Source: Paracoccus denitrificans (GTDB lineage: Bacteria > Pseudomonadota > Alphaproteobacteria > Rhodobacterales > Rhodobacteraceae). Taken from it: a stretch of DNA of 64,000 nt. Below the pieces are notes generated by a model. That model ran no database searches. It was not told the origin of the DNA and was given only the letters and a program-made list of their open reading frames with translations. Numbering within the stretch: position 1 is the stretch's first letter; each line of letters starts with the position of its first letter. Positions 21,077-31,549 of this stretch are shown piece by piece. The stretch spans positions 189,894-253,893 of the forward strand of contig VAFL01000004.1 in assembly GCA_005768755.1 (NCBI GenBank), read 5' to 3'. The position numbers and the translations under genes are program-made.

Positions 21077-21687
21077 GACTGCTTCCCAGGGACAAGAACC
21101 AACGTGTGATGGTCCAGCTTGTGGGCGTCGTCCTTGTCATGGGCGCGCTCGCCTGGGCGGCGGTGCCGTTCTACAACTGGTTCTGCAAGGTGACCGGTTA
21201 TGGTGGCACCACACAGGTGGCAGAGGCTGCGGCTATTGCCGATCAGCAGGTCCTGGACGAGACGATCACCATTCGGTTCGACGCCAATACGGACGCCAAC
21301 CTGCCTTGGACCTTCCGGCCGCTTCAGACCGAAATGGAAGTGCCCATCGGCGCAACCGGCATGGCCTTTTACGAGGCGGTGAACAATTCCGACCATGTGA
21401 TCACTGGACGCGCGTCCTATAATGTCGCGCCCGAGATCGCGGGTTCGTTCTTCTACAAGATCGAGTGCTTCTGCTTTACCGAACAGACCTTGCAGCCCGG
21501 CGAACGCATCGAAATGCCGGTGTCATTCGAGGTCGACCCGGAGATCGTGACGGACCGTGACGCCTACAAGGTGCGCGACATCACGCTCAGCTACACTTTC
21601 CACGAATATGGCACGCCCGAAACGGCGTCGGCAGCGGACAGTCAGGCCGCGTTGACGACCGATACGGACGGGACCAGAATGAACTGA
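21073..21687 (+). CDS. ctaG: Cytochrome c oxidase assembly protein CtaG (Cox11)
   Basis: 204 aa. N-terminal TM and the Cox11 copper motif [11 protein letters not shown]. Confidence 0.92.
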   Translation: MRLLPRDKNQRVMVQLVGVVLVMGALAWAAVPFYNWFCKVTGYGGTTQVAEAAAIADQQVLDETITIRFDANTDANLPWTFRPLQTEMEVPIGATGMAFYEAVNNSDHVITGRASYNVAPEIAGSFFYKIECFCFTEQTLQPGERIEMPVSFEVDPEIVTDRDAYKVRDITLSYTFHEYGTPETASAADSQAALTTDTDGTRMN

Positions 21688-21707
21688 CGCAATAGCGGGG
21701 ACAGCCA

Positions 21708-22508
21708 ATGGCGCATGCAAAGAACCACGACTACCACATCCTGCCGCCCTCGCTGTGGCCGCTGCTGACCGCTATTTCGGTCTTTGTGATGCTGACCGGC
21801 GGCGTCGTCTGGATGAAGGCCGGCGGGCCCTGGATGTATCTGATCGGTCTGGTCGGCGTGCTTTACTGCATGTTCGGCTGGTGGGCCGATGTGGTGAACG
21901 AAGGCGAAACCGGGGATCATACCCCGGTTGTGCAGATCGGCCTGCGCTATGGCGTGATCCTGTTCATCATGTCCGAGGTTATGTTCTTCGTCGCGTGGTT
22001 CTGGGCCTTCTTCAAGAACGCGCTTTATCCGATGGGACCGGAAAGCCCGATCAAGGATGGCGTCTGGCCGCCCGAAGGCATCACCACCTTCGATCCCTGG
22101 CACCTGCCGCTGATCAACACGCTGATCCTTCTGCTGTCGGGCTGCGCTGTGACCTGGGCGCACCACGCGCTTGTTCATGAAAACGACCGCAAATCCGCGA
22201 TTCAGGGCACGGCCATCGCTGTCGTGCTGGGCATCTGCTTCACCATTTTGCAGGCTTACGAATACAGCCACGCGGCATTCGGGCTGTCGGACACCGTCTA
22301 TGGCGGTGTGTTCTACATGGCGACCGGTTTCCACGGCTTCCACGTCATCATCGGGACGATCTTCCTGCTCGTCTGCCTGATCCGCCTGATGCGCGGCCAG
22401 ATGAACGACAAGCAACATGTCGGCTTCGAAGCCGCCGCCTGGTACTGGCACTTCGTCGACGTCGTCTGGCTGTTCCTGTTCTTCGCGATCTATATCTGGG
22501 GACGCTGA
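21708..22508 (+). CDS. ctaE: Cytochrome c oxidase subunit III
   Basis: 266 aa. [19 protein letters not shown]-terminus, seven TM helices, [14 protein letters not shown] motif. Confidence 0.95.
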   Translation: MAHAKNHDYHILPPSLWPLLTAISVFVMLTGGVVWMKAGGPWMYLIGLVGVLYCMFGWWADVVNEGETGDHTPVVQIGLRYGVILFIMSEVMFFVAWFWAFFKNALYPMGPESPIKDGVWPPEGITTFDPWHLPLINTLILLLSGCAVTWAHHALVHENDRKSAIQGTAIAVVLGICFTILQAYEYSHAAFGLSDTVYGGVFYMATGFHGFHVIIGTIFLLVCLIRLMRGQMNDKQHVGFEAAAWYWHFVDVVWLFLFFAIYIWGR

Positions 22509-22537
22509 TCCGCGCGTCGCAACAGGCTGAGCACTTC

Positions 22538-22565
22538 GAACGGCGCAGGGTTCCCTGCGCCGTTC
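22538..22565 (+). terminator. Rho-independent terminator after ctaE
   Basis: Perfect 13-bp stem GAACGGCGCAGGG-TT-CCCTGCGCCGTTC followed by TGGTTT. Confidence 0.8.
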
Positions 22566-22700
22566 TGGTTTAAGGCGACACTGTCGTCGCGACTGTCAGC
22601 TGTGATGCGCAACGGGCACGGTGCGCCCTGCCGCGTCTGCAGCCCCTTGGTCTTTGCCCGCCAGCGGGGTATCGCGGGACGCAAAGCAAGCGAATCCAGC

Positions 22701-23381
22701 ATGACCCCGCGCCGCTCCATCATCCCGCCTCTGATTTTTGGCATTGTCCTGACGGGCATCCTGCTCAGCCTCGGTCTCTGGCAGTTGCGCAGGCTTGAGG
22801 TGAAAGAGGCGCAGCTGGCCGAAATCCAATCGGGAATCGACGCCGCGCCGGTGGCGCTTCCCGCGCAGATCGACCCGTCGATGAAATATCTGCCGGTTAT
22901 CGTCTCGGGCCGCACGACCGGGCAGGAAATTCTGGTTCTGTCAGGCACGAAAGAACTGGGTGGCGGTTATAACGTCGTCTCGGCATTCGAAACCGATGAC
23001 GGGCGCCGCGTCCTTCTGGATCGCGGCTTTATCGAACAGGATTATCGCCGCGCCGATCGACCGCCCACCGATCTTCGCGTTGCAGGCAACCTGCATTGGC
23101 CACAGGACAAAGGCAGCGCCACGCCCAAGCCGGATCTGCAAGCGGGCATCTGGTTTGCCCGTGACGTTCCGGCCATGGCCGACACGCTGGATACCCAGCC
23201 GGTGCTGGTCGTGGCGGCAGAGGTGCAGGGCGACAGCCAGGGTGTGATGCCCATACCCGTTACGATCGAGGGGATACCGAACAGCCACTTATCCTATGCC
23301 GTGCAGTGGTTCCTTTTCGCGGCAACCTGCGCGGGGATGACAGCATGGTTGATCTGGCGTATCAGGCAGCGGACTTATTAG
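22701..23381 (+). CDS. SURF1-family cytochrome oxidase assembly protein
   Basis: Track ORF trimmed to ATG 22701 (226 aa). N-terminal TM with GLWQLRRL, C-terminal TM with YAVQWF. Confidence 0.88.
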   Translation: MTPRRSIIPPLIFGIVLTGILLSLGLWQLRRLEVKEAQLAEIQSGIDAAPVALPAQIDPSMKYLPVIVSGRTTGQEILVLSGTKELGGGYNVVSAFETDDGRRVLLDRGFIEQDYRRADRPPTDLRVAGNLHWPQDKGSATPKPDLQAGIWFARDVPAMADTLDTQPVLVVAAEVQGDSQGVMPIPVTIEGIPNSHLSYAVQWFLFAATCAGMTAWLIWRIRQRTY

Positions 23382-23389
23382 GGACAGAC

Positions 23390-24772
23390 ATGCGTTATAT
23401 CTCGACGCGGGGGCAGGCCCCGGTGCTGAATTTCGAACAGGCGATGCTGACCGGGCTTGCCCGCGATGGCGGGCTGTATGTGCCCGAAACGATCCCCCGT
23501 ATGGAAGATATCGCGGCACTTGAAAGCCTGCCTTACGGCGAGGCCGCGCTGCGTGTCATCCGGCCGTTTCTGGGCGACAGTTTCTCGGATGCGGAACTGC
23601 GGACAGCGCTTGACGCCGCATACGCTGATTTCGGCCATGTTGCGCGCGCGCCGCTGCGTCAGCTGGCCCCGGGCCATCATCTGCTGGAACTGTTCCATGG
23701 CCCCACGCTGGCGTTCAAGGATTTCGCCATGCAGCTGATCGGTCAGCTGTTCCAGATCGCGCTGAAACGATCCGGCCAGCGGATTACGATTGTGGGTGCG
23801 ACTTCGGGCGATACGGGCAGCGCAGCGATCGAGGCGTTTCGCGGCCTCGACAATGTCGATGTCTTCATCCTGTTCCCGCATGGCCGTGTGTCAGAAGTTC
23901 AGCGCCGCCAGATGACGACGCCTGATGAGGCCAATGTCCATGCCCTCGCCATTGACGGGCATTTCGACGACGCGCAGGCGCGGCTTAAGGATCTGTTCAA
24001 CGACCACGAATTCCGCGACCGGGTCGGGCTGGCTGGCGTCAACTCGATCAATTGGGCACGCGTTCTGGCGCAGGTCGTCTATTACTTCACGGCGGCGGTC
24101 AGCCTTGGCGCACCGGGGCGCGAGGTTGATTTCACCGTGCCCACGGGCAATTTCGGCGATATTCTGGCTGGTCTGGTGGCCAAGCGCATGGGACTGCCTG
24201 TCGGGCAGCTGGTCATCGCGACCAATCAGAACGATATCCTGCATCGTGCCATGACCGCCGGCGACTATCGTGTGGGCGAAGTCTCCCCCTCGATTTCGCC
24301 GTCGATGGATATTCAGGTCAGCAGCAATTTCGAACGTGCATTGTTCTGGTCCTATGATGGCGATGCAGCGGCCATCCGGCAGCTCATGGATGAGCTGAAA
24401 GCCGGAGGGTTCAAGATCAGCCAGGGTGCGTTGCAGTCGCTTCAGGCGGATTTCGCGTCTGGCCGCGCTTCGGAGGAGGAGACGCTGGCGATGATCCACA
24501 CGATCCGCGCGGAAACCGGCGAAATCCTGTGCCCGCATTCGGCCGTTGGGGTGAAAGTCGCGCGTGACCACCTGCGTGCGGGCGTGCCCATGATCACGCT
24601 TGCCACGGCCCATCCGGCGAAATTTCCCGACGCGGTCGAGAAGGCAATCGGGCTTCGCCCCGACCTGCCACCGCATATGGCAGGCCTGTTCGACAAGCCC
24701 GAGCGGCAGACCCGTATTGAAAACGACGTCGATGCGCTTAAATCGCTGATCCTTGAACGGAGGACCGCTTGA
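23390..24772 (+). CDS. thrC: Threonine synthase
   Basis: Track ORF trimmed to MRYISTRGQAP (460 aa). PLP-lysine motif TLAFKDFAMQ. Confidence 0.94.
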   Translation: MRYISTRGQAPVLNFEQAMLTGLARDGGLYVPETIPRMEDIAALESLPYGEAALRVIRPFLGDSFSDAELRTALDAAYADFGHVARAPLRQLAPGHHLLELFHGPTLAFKDFAMQLIGQLFQIALKRSGQRITIVGATSGDTGSAAIEAFRGLDNVDVFILFPHGRVSEVQRRQMTTPDEANVHALAIDGHFDDAQARLKDLFNDHEFRDRVGLAGVNSINWARVLAQVVYYFTAAVSLGAPGREVDFTVPTGNFGDILAGLVAKRMGLPVGQLVIATNQNDILHRAMTAGDYRVGEVSPSISPSMDIQVSSNFERALFWSYDGDAAAIRQLMDELKAGGFKISQGALQSLQADFASGRASEEETLAMIHTIRAETGEILCPHSAVGVKVARDHLRAGVPMITLATAHPAKFPDAVEKAIGLRPDLPPHMAGLFDKPERQTRIENDVDALKSLILERRTA

Positions 24773-26031
24773 GCGACACCATCATTACCACGCTGCCCAA
24801 CGGGCTGCGAATCGTCACCCGCAATATGCCGGGCCTGCACTCCGCGACGCTTGGCCTGTGGGTCAGCGCCGGCGGCCGGGACGAACGTGCCGAACAGAAC
24901 GGCATTGCGCATTTTCTGGAACATATGGCCTTCAAGGGCACTGCGCGTCGCAGCGCCCTGCAGATCGCTGAAGAGATCGAGGATGTGGGCGGCTATATCA
25001 ACGCCTACACCTCTCGCGATACGACCGCCTATTACGCGCGCGTCCTTGCCGCAGATACGGCGCTGGCGCTTGATGTGATTTCAGACATCGTGCTGAATCC
25101 GGCCTTCGATCAGCGCGAAATCGAGGTTGAGCGCGGTGTGATCCTGCAAGAAATCGGGCAGTCGCTGGATACGCCCGACGACATCATCTTCGACTGGCTG
25201 CAGGAGGCCGCTTATCCGGACCAGGCGATAGGGCGCACCATTCTGGGCCCCGCTGAACGGGTGTCCAGTTTCGGGCGTGTGGATCTTTCGGGCTTTGTGG
25301 CCGAACATTACGGGCCAAGCCAGATGATCCTGGCGGCTGCGGGGGCCGTTGATCACGACGCGATCGTGCGACAGGCCGAAGTCATTTTCGGGCATCTCAG
25401 CGACCGCCACGCGCCCCCTCGCGATCATGCGCGCTGGCAGGGTGCCGAGACACGCCGGATCAAGGATCTGGAACAGGCCCATTTCACGCTGGCCTTCGAA
25501 GGGCCAGGCTATCTGTCGCCGGACTATCACGCGGCCCAGATATGGACGACCGCAATGGGTGGGGGGATGTCCTCGCGCCTGTTCCAGAAAATCCGCGAGG
25601 AGCGCGGCCTGTGCTATACCATCTTCGCGCAGTCGGGCTTTCATGACGATACCGGCATGATGACCGTCTACGCCGGAACCGCGGCCGAGGATATTGCCGA
25701 ACTGGCCACGCTGACAGTGGACGAATTGAAACGCTCGGTCGATACGCTCAGCGATGCAGAGATTGCGCGGGCTAAGGCGCAACTGAAGGCGGGCACGCTG
25801 ATGGGGTTGGAAAGCAGTTCTGGCCAGGCAGAACGGATCGCGCGCTCGCTGGCGATCTGGGGACGGGTGCCGGAACCGGCCGAGACTGCGGCGCGGCTGG
25901 ATGCCGTGACGCGCGCCGATATTGCGCGCTACACCGAAACACTGATCGCTCGCCGTCCGGCGATGGCGCTCTACGGACCGGTTGACCGTGCGCCGACGCT
26001 GGATGCGCTGATCGACAGGCTCGCCGCCTGA
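24769..26031 (+). CDS. M16-family zinc peptidase (processing-peptidase-like)
   Basis: 420 aa. TTG start overlapping the thrC stop. Inverted zinc motif HFLEH (GIAHFLEHMAFKGT). Confidence 0.9.
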   Translation: MSDTIITTLPNGLRIVTRNMPGLHSATLGLWVSAGGRDERAEQNGIAHFLEHMAFKGTARRSALQIAEEIEDVGGYINAYTSRDTTAYYARVLAADTALALDVISDIVLNPAFDQREIEVERGVILQEIGQSLDTPDDIIFDWLQEAAYPDQAIGRTILGPAERVSSFGRVDLSGFVAEHYGPSQMILAAAGAVDHDAIVRQAEVIFGHLSDRHAPPRDHARWQGAETRRIKDLEQAHFTLAFEGPGYLSPDYHAAQIWTTAMGGGMSSRLFQKIREERGLCYTIFAQSGFHDDTGMMTVYAGTAAEDIAELATLTVDELKRSVDTLSDAEIARAKAQLKAGTLMGLESSSGQAERIARSLAIWGRVPEPAETAARLDAVTRADIARYTETLIARRPAMALYGPVDRAPTLDALIDRLAA

Positions 26032-26615
26032 TGTTCGGTCGGCGCCGTCCGATCCGGCTGGATACCGAACGGATGGCGCTGCGCCTGCCGCAGCATTCCG
26101 ATTTCAACGCCTGGACTGATCTGCGGCGGGAAAGCCGGGACTTCCTGACCCCGTGGGAGCCGTCCTGGTCGGCGGATCATCTGTCGCGAAAGGCGTTCAC
26201 CAACCGCGTCTATTGGGCGCAGCGGGCCAGCCGGAACAACAGCGCCATCCCCCTGTTCATGGAACGCAACGTCGATGGGGCGCTTCTGGGCGCGATCACC
26301 ATCGACAATATACGCCGGGGCCCGGCGCAGATGGCGACCATTGGCTATTGGATCGGCGCGCCTCACGCGCGGCAGGGCTATATGACCGAGGCGATCGGTG
26401 CCGTTGTTCGCCATGCCTTCACCACGCTGGACATGTCACGGATCGAGGCTGCCTGCTTGCCGGACAATGCCGCATCGCGCGGGGTTCTGGAGCGTGCGGG
26501 CTTCAAATATGAAGGCGTCGCCCAAAGTTACCTTCAGATCAATGGGCGGTGGCGCACACATGTGCTTTATGCCAACTTGCGCCACGACAGACGCGGTCGG
26601 ACGGATGCGGGATAG
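26031..26615 (+). CDS. GNAT N-acetyltransferase (RimJ/RimL-like)
   Basis: 194 aa. TGATG junction with the peptidase. Acetyl-CoA motif GYWIGAPHARQGYMTEA. Confidence 0.85.
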   Translation: MFGRRRPIRLDTERMALRLPQHSDFNAWTDLRRESRDFLTPWEPSWSADHLSRKAFTNRVYWAQRASRNNSAIPLFMERNVDGALLGAITIDNIRRGPAQMATIGYWIGAPHARQGYMTEAIGAVVRHAFTTLDMSRIEAACLPDNAASRGVLERAGFKYEGVAQSYLQINGRWRTHVLYANLRHDRRGRTDAG

Positions 26616-26620
26616 CTGAG

Positions 26621-28033
26621 ATGACGAATGGTGCGGAACTGAACCCGGCAGGTCCGGCGCTGGCGGAAACGCTGCCGCAGGGCGTGTTGCGAGAGATCGA
26701 GCCGCGCCATCTGGAAGAACCGCGCGGCCGCTATCACGGCATTGCAGGACTACTGGCCGCGCCGCGCAATGTCGAAGAGGTGTCGGCAGTGGTCCGGGCC
26801 TGTTCGGCGGCCCGTGTCGGCATCGTGCCGCTTGGCGGCGGGACAGGGCTGGTCGGCGGACAGATTGTTCAGGATGGCCCCGCACCGCTGCTTTTGTCGC
26901 TGGAACGGATGCATGCCGTTCGTGACCTGCGCCCCGAAGAAAACGTCATGCTGGCCGAAGCTGCGGTCACCCTGCAAGGTGCGCGCGACGCGGCCGAGTC
27001 TGCAGGCAGGCTGTTCCCGCTTTCGCTGGCCTCGCAAGGGACGGCGCAGATCGGGGGCGTCCTTTCGACCAATGCGGGCGGCGTGAACGCGTTGCGGTAT
27101 GGCACGGCGCGGGCGCTGTGCCTGGGGGTCGAGGCGGTGCTGCCCGATGGCAGCATCATGCATGACCTCAAGCGGTTGCGGAAAGATAATACCGGCTATG
27201 ATCTGCGCGACCTGCTGATCGGGGCAGAGGGCAGTCTGGGCATCATCACCGCGGCCAGCCTGCGATTGGTGCCGCCACCTGCTGCCAATGGCGTGGCGCT
27301 GATGGTGGTGCCTGATCCCGCCGCGGCGCTGTCGCTACTGGCGCTGGCTGGCCAGCAGCTTGGCGACTGCGTCACAGCGTTCGAACTCATCTCGGGGCAG
27401 GGGCCGCGCTTCCAGATCGAGACGATGCCCCAATTGCGTCAGCCGTTCGACACACCGCCAGACTGGATGGTGCTGATCGAAATCGGTCTTCCAGCCGGGC
27501 TGGAACCGGATACGGCGCTGGAAACGCTGTTCGAAGCAGCGGTCGAGGAAGAACTGGCCGTTGACGGCCTGATCGCCCAATCCGGCCAGCAGGCGGCTGA
27601 ATTCTGGCGCATGCGCGAGGAAATACCCGAGGCCAATCGCCTGATCGGCGCCATTTCCAGCCATGATATTTCTTTGCCCTTGTCGGAAGTGCCGCGCTTC
27701 ATAGATGACGCCGGCGCGATGCTGGCGCAGATGGGTGACATGCGTGTCAACTGCTTCGGACACCTTGGCGACGGCAACCTGCATTACAACGTCTACCCGG
27801 CAGCCGGGCGCCAGCGTCAGGACTACGATGCGTTGCGGGCTGCTGTTCAGGAAGCCGTGCATGACATGGTGGTATCGCGTGGCGGGTCATTCTCGGCCGA
27901 GCACGGGGTCGGGCGGCTGAAAGTCAATGATCTGGAGCGTTGGGGCGATCCTGCGCGACTGGCGGCGATGCGGGCGATCAAGACGGCACTTGACCCGCTT
28001 GGCATCATGAACCCCGGCGCGGTCCTGGCGTGA
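26621..28033 (+). CDS. FAD-linked oxidase (GlcD / D-2-hydroxyacid dehydrogenase-like)
   Basis: Track ORF trimmed to ATG 26621 (470 aa). FAD-binding PLGGGTGLVGGQ and a C-terminal FAD-oxidase domain (SAEHGVGRLK). Confidence 0.88.
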   Translation: MTNGAELNPAGPALAETLPQGVLREIEPRHLEEPRGRYHGIAGLLAAPRNVEEVSAVVRACSAARVGIVPLGGGTGLVGGQIVQDGPAPLLLSLERMHAVRDLRPEENVMLAEAAVTLQGARDAAESAGRLFPLSLASQGTAQIGGVLSTNAGGVNALRYGTARALCLGVEAVLPDGSIMHDLKRLRKDNTGYDLRDLLIGAEGSLGIITAASLRLVPPPAANGVALMVVPDPAAALSLLALAGQQLGDCVTAFELISGQGPRFQIETMPQLRQPFDTPPDWMVLIEIGLPAGLEPDTALETLFEAAVEEELAVDGLIAQSGQQAAEFWRMREEIPEANRLIGAISSHDISLPLSEVPRFIDDAGAMLAQMGDMRVNCFGHLGDGNLHYNVYPAAGRQRQDYDALRAAVQEAVHDMVVSRGGSFSAEHGVGRLKVNDLERWGDPARLAAMRAIKTALDPLGIMNPGAVLA

Positions 28034-28074
28034 GGGGGCTTGTCCGCCGCCCGTGCCGGCCCTAGCCTTCCGCC

Positions 28075-29016
28075 ATGCTGCGCTATACCGCCCGTCGATT
28101 GCTTTCGCTCGCGCTCAGCCTTCTGGTCGCATCGGTGGTGATTTTCCTGCTGATCGAGATGGTTCCGGGCGATCCCGCGACGTTCATGCTTGGCACCGGT
28201 GCGCAGCCCGATACGCTGGCCGCACTGCGCGAGCAACTGGGCCTGAACCTGCCGCTGCCCGTGCGCTATGCCAGTTGGTTGGGGTCGGTGGTGACGGGCG
28301 ATCTTGGCAGCAGTTTCACCTACAAGACGCCCGTGGCAGGGATGATCCTTGATCGCATGCAGGTCTCGCTTCCGCTGGCGGTGATGTCGCTTGTGCTGGC
28401 GGTTCTGCTGGCCTTTCCGGTGGGACTTTTCGCCGCCTCTCGTCGCGGGAAAGCGGGCGATACGGCGGTCATGGGCCTGACCCAGATCGGCATCGCGCTG
28501 CCGAATTTCTGGTTCGCCATGCTGCTGGTGCTGCTGTTTGCTGTGCGTCTGCAACTGCTGCCGGCCGGTGGCTTCGCCGGATGGGACCAGCCGATCGCGG
28601 CGCTGCGCTCTTTGCTGCTGCCTGCCGTGGCGCTGGCTTTGCCGCAGGCTGCGATCCTTGCGCGTGTGCTTCGGTCTGCCCTGATCGAGACGCTTGATCA
28701 GGATTACATCCGCACTGCGCGCGCCAAGGGTCTGACCCGCGCGCAGACGCTGCGGCGCCACGCCCTGCGCAACGCGCTTATTCCGGTGCTGACCATTCTG
28801 GGGATGCAGTTTTCGTTTCTTTTGGCGGGCGCGATCATCATCGAGAACGTCTTTTACCTGCCCGGACTTGGCCGGTTGATCTTTCAGGCCATCACCCAGC
28901 GTGACCTGATCGTGGTTCAGTCGGCTGTGCTGGTTCTGGTCGGCGCAGTCATCATGGTCACTTTCCTGATCGACATGGCCTATGCCGCCGTCGATCCAAG
29001 GCTGCGCGCAAGATGA
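28075..29016 (+). CDS. ABC transporter permease (DppB/OppB-like)
   Basis: 313 aa. MLRYTARRLL N-terminus and an EAA-loop region (YIRTARAKGL). Confidence 0.9.
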   Translation: MLRYTARRLLSLALSLLVASVVIFLLIEMVPGDPATFMLGTGAQPDTLAALREQLGLNLPLPVRYASWLGSVVTGDLGSSFTYKTPVAGMILDRMQVSLPLAVMSLVLAVLLAFPVGLFAASRRGKAGDTAVMGLTQIGIALPNFWFAMLLVLLFAVRLQLLPAGGFAGWDQPIAALRSLLLPAVALALPQAAILARVLRSALIETLDQDYIRTARAKGLTRAQTLRRHALRNALIPVLTILGMQFSFLLAGAIIIENVFYLPGLGRLIFQAITQRDLIVVQSAVLVLVGAVIMVTFLIDMAYAAVDPRLRAR

Positions 29017-29828
29017 GGTGGACGCTTCTGATCGGTGCCATCCTCGCCGGGATGGCGGTGCTGGCTGCGGGGCTGTCCTTCCTGTGGACACCTTACGATA
29101 TCGGCGTGATGAACGTGCCCGGCAAGCTGCAGCCGCCATCGGGCGCGCATTGGTTGGGCACGGATCACTTTGGGCGCGATATATTGTCCATGGCCATGAT
29201 CGGGGCGCGCACCTCGATCGCCGTGGCCATTATCGCGGTCGGTATCGGGATCGGGATCGGGGTGCCGCTGGGTCTGGCCGCAGCCGCCCGACGCGGCAGT
29301 TGGCTGGACGAGGTCATCATGCGCGGCAATGACCTGATCTTCGCTTTCCCCAGCCTCGTGATCGCGATCCTGATCACCGCCGCCTATGGGCCTGGCGCGA
29401 TCAACGCGATCATTGCCATCGGCATTTTCAATATTCCGGTCTTTGCCCGTGTGACGCGCGGCGCTGCAATGCCGATCTGGACGTTGGATTATATCCGCGC
29501 CGCGCAGGTCTCTGGCAAGGGCAGGGCGCGGATCAGCATCGAACATATCCTGCCGAATATCGCCAATCTGCTGATCGTGCAGGGCACGATCCAGTTCAGC
29601 CTTGGCATCCTGGCCGAGGCCGGGCTGGCTTATGTCGGGCTTGGGGCGCAACCGCCCATTCCCAGCTGGGGGCGGATGCTGGCCGAGGCGCAGACCTTCG
29701 TGACGCTGGCCCCGCATGTCGCGATCATTCCGGGCCTGTGCATCTTTCTGACGGTGCTGGGCCTTAATCTTCTGGGCGACGGGCTGCGGGATGCGCTGGA
29801 TCCCCGACTGAAGGTGATGCGCACATGA
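29013..29828 (+). CDS. ABC transporter permease (DppC/OppC-like)
   Basis: 271 aa. Overlaps both neighbours by 4 nt. GTDHFGRD motif. Confidence 0.9.
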   Translation: MRWTLLIGAILAGMAVLAAGLSFLWTPYDIGVMNVPGKLQPPSGAHWLGTDHFGRDILSMAMIGARTSIAVAIIAVGIGIGIGVPLGLAAAARRGSWLDEVIMRGNDLIFAFPSLVIAILITAAYGPGAINAIIAIGIFNIPVFARVTRGAAMPIWTLDYIRAAQVSGKGRARISIEHILPNIANLLIVQGTIQFSLGILAEAGLAYVGLGAQPPIPSWGRMLAEAQTFVTLAPHVAIIPGLCIFLTVLGLNLLGDGLRDALDPRLKVMRT

Positions 29829-31408
29829 TCGAGACCCGCGACCTCTCCGTCAGCATCCATGGCCGCCCGGTGCTGCGCGATGTCGATCTGGCGCTGCAAC
29901 CGGGCAGGATCACCGGGCTGGTGGGCGAATCCGGGTCCGGCAAATCCATGACGGCGCTTGCGATCATGGGCCTTCTGCCCCTTGGCGCGCAAACCGGCGG
30001 AGAGGTGCTGCTGGACGGGCAGAATCTGCTGACGACGCCCGAACAGCAGATGTGCCGTATTCGCGGCAATCGGATCGGCATGATCTTTCAGGAACCGATG
30101 ACGGCACTGAACCCGCTGATGAACATAGGCGATCAGGTCGCCGAGGTGCTGCGTATTCATCATGATCTGCCCGCCAGCAAGGCACTGGCGCGCGCGCGGG
30201 ATCGGCTGGACCGGGTCGGCCTGTCCGAGCCGCGCTTTCCCCTGACACTTTATCCGCACGAACTTTCCGGCGGTCAGCGCCAGCGTGTTGCCATCGCGCT
30301 TGCAGTGGCCGAAGCCCCCGACCTGCTGATTGCGGACGAACCGACGACAGCGCTTGATGTGACGACGCAGGCGCAGATCCTGGATCTGTTGCGTGATCTG
30401 GTTTCGGCCGAAGGCATGTCGCTGCTGCTGATCACCCATGATCTGGCGGTGGTCGCGGGGATCGCCGATCATGTGGCGGTCATGAAGGACGGCGAGGTGG
30501 TCGAGGAAGGACCGACCGAGGCGCTGTTCCGTGCCCAGTCGCACCCCTACACGCGGTCGCTGTTCGCGGCGTCGCGCCATGTGCCGTCACATGTGCCGTC
30601 GCAAGCTGACGACACCCCGATCCTGACCGTGCGCGATGCCGTGCGCGAATATGTTCTGCCGCGGCCATCGGCCCTTGCGCCCCATCCGGTCTTGCGCGCG
30701 GTGGACAACGTCAGTCTGGCGATCCAGGACGGCGAATCCGTCGGTCTCGTCGGTGAATCAGGCTGCGGGAAATCGACGCTGACACGCGCGATCCTTGGTC
30801 TCGATCCCTTGCAGGGCGGAGAGATAAGACTTGACGGGCACAAGGTGCGGGCCGGCGCCGCAATGTCGCGCGACCTGCGGGCGAAGGTCCAGGTCGTGTT
30901 TCAGGACCCATTCGGCAGCTTCAATCCGCGATGGCGTGTCGAACGGCTGCTGAGCGAGCCGTTCTTTCTGACCGGCCGCCCGGCCGATTGGCGACAGCGT
31001 GTCGCGCAGGCACTGGGGGAAGTCGGCCTCGACCCCGGCGCCGGTCGGCGCTACGTCCACGAATTTTCCGGCGGACAGCGCCAGCGGCTTGCCATAGCGC
31101 GCGCGCTGATCATCCGTCCGCGCCTGATCGTGCTGGATGAAGCGGTCAGCGCGCTGGATGTGCGCGTCCGTGCGCAGGTTCTCGATCTGCTGGCGGAACT
31201 GCGCCGCTCACACGGGATGGCCTATCTGTTCATAAGCCACGATCTGGGCGTGGTGCGCGGTGTGACCGACCGGGTGCTGGTCATGGACAAGGGCCGCATT
31301 GTCGAGGAAGGGCCGACTTTGCAGGTCATGGACGCGCCGCAGCATCCGGTCACGCAGCGCCTGATGGCTGCCATGCCCGAAATCCCGGCGGATTGGGTGC
31401 CAGCGTGA
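29825..31408 (+). CDS. ABC transporter ATP-binding protein, fused double ATPase (DppD/F-like)
   Basis: 527 aa. Two Walker A sites ([16 protein letters not shown]) and two LSGGQRQR signature motifs. Confidence 0.92.
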   Translation: MIETRDLSVSIHGRPVLRDVDLALQPGRITGLVGESGSGKSMTALAIMGLLPLGAQTGGEVLLDGQNLLTTPEQQMCRIRGNRIGMIFQEPMTALNPLMNIGDQVAEVLRIHHDLPASKALARARDRLDRVGLSEPRFPLTLYPHELSGGQRQRVAIALAVAEAPDLLIADEPTTALDVTTQAQILDLLRDLVSAEGMSLLLITHDLAVVAGIADHVAVMKDGEVVEEGPTEALFRAQSHPYTRSLFAASRHVPSHVPSQADDTPILTVRDAVREYVLPRPSALAPHPVLRAVDNVSLAIQDGESVGLVGESGCGKSTLTRAILGLDPLQGGEIRLDGHKVRAGAAMSRDLRAKVQVVFQDPFGSFNPRWRVERLLSEPFFLTGRPADWRQRVAQALGEVGLDPGAGRRYVHEFSGGQRQRLAIARALIIRPRLIVLDEAVSALDVRVRAQVLDLLAELRRSHGMAYLFISHDLGVVRGVTDRVLVMDKGRIVEEGPTLQVMDAPQHPVTQRLMAAMPEIPADWVPA

Positions 31409-31549
31409 TGCTGAAGGCTGCGCATTATCTACCGGTGCGGCGGCGTCTGGGATGGCATCGTTCAGCTGGTCGGGAAGGGCGCTTCCAGCGCACCGATCCG
31501 GGCACAGCCGACCTGCGCAAGGCGTATGTGGCGGGCCTGACCATCGGCG

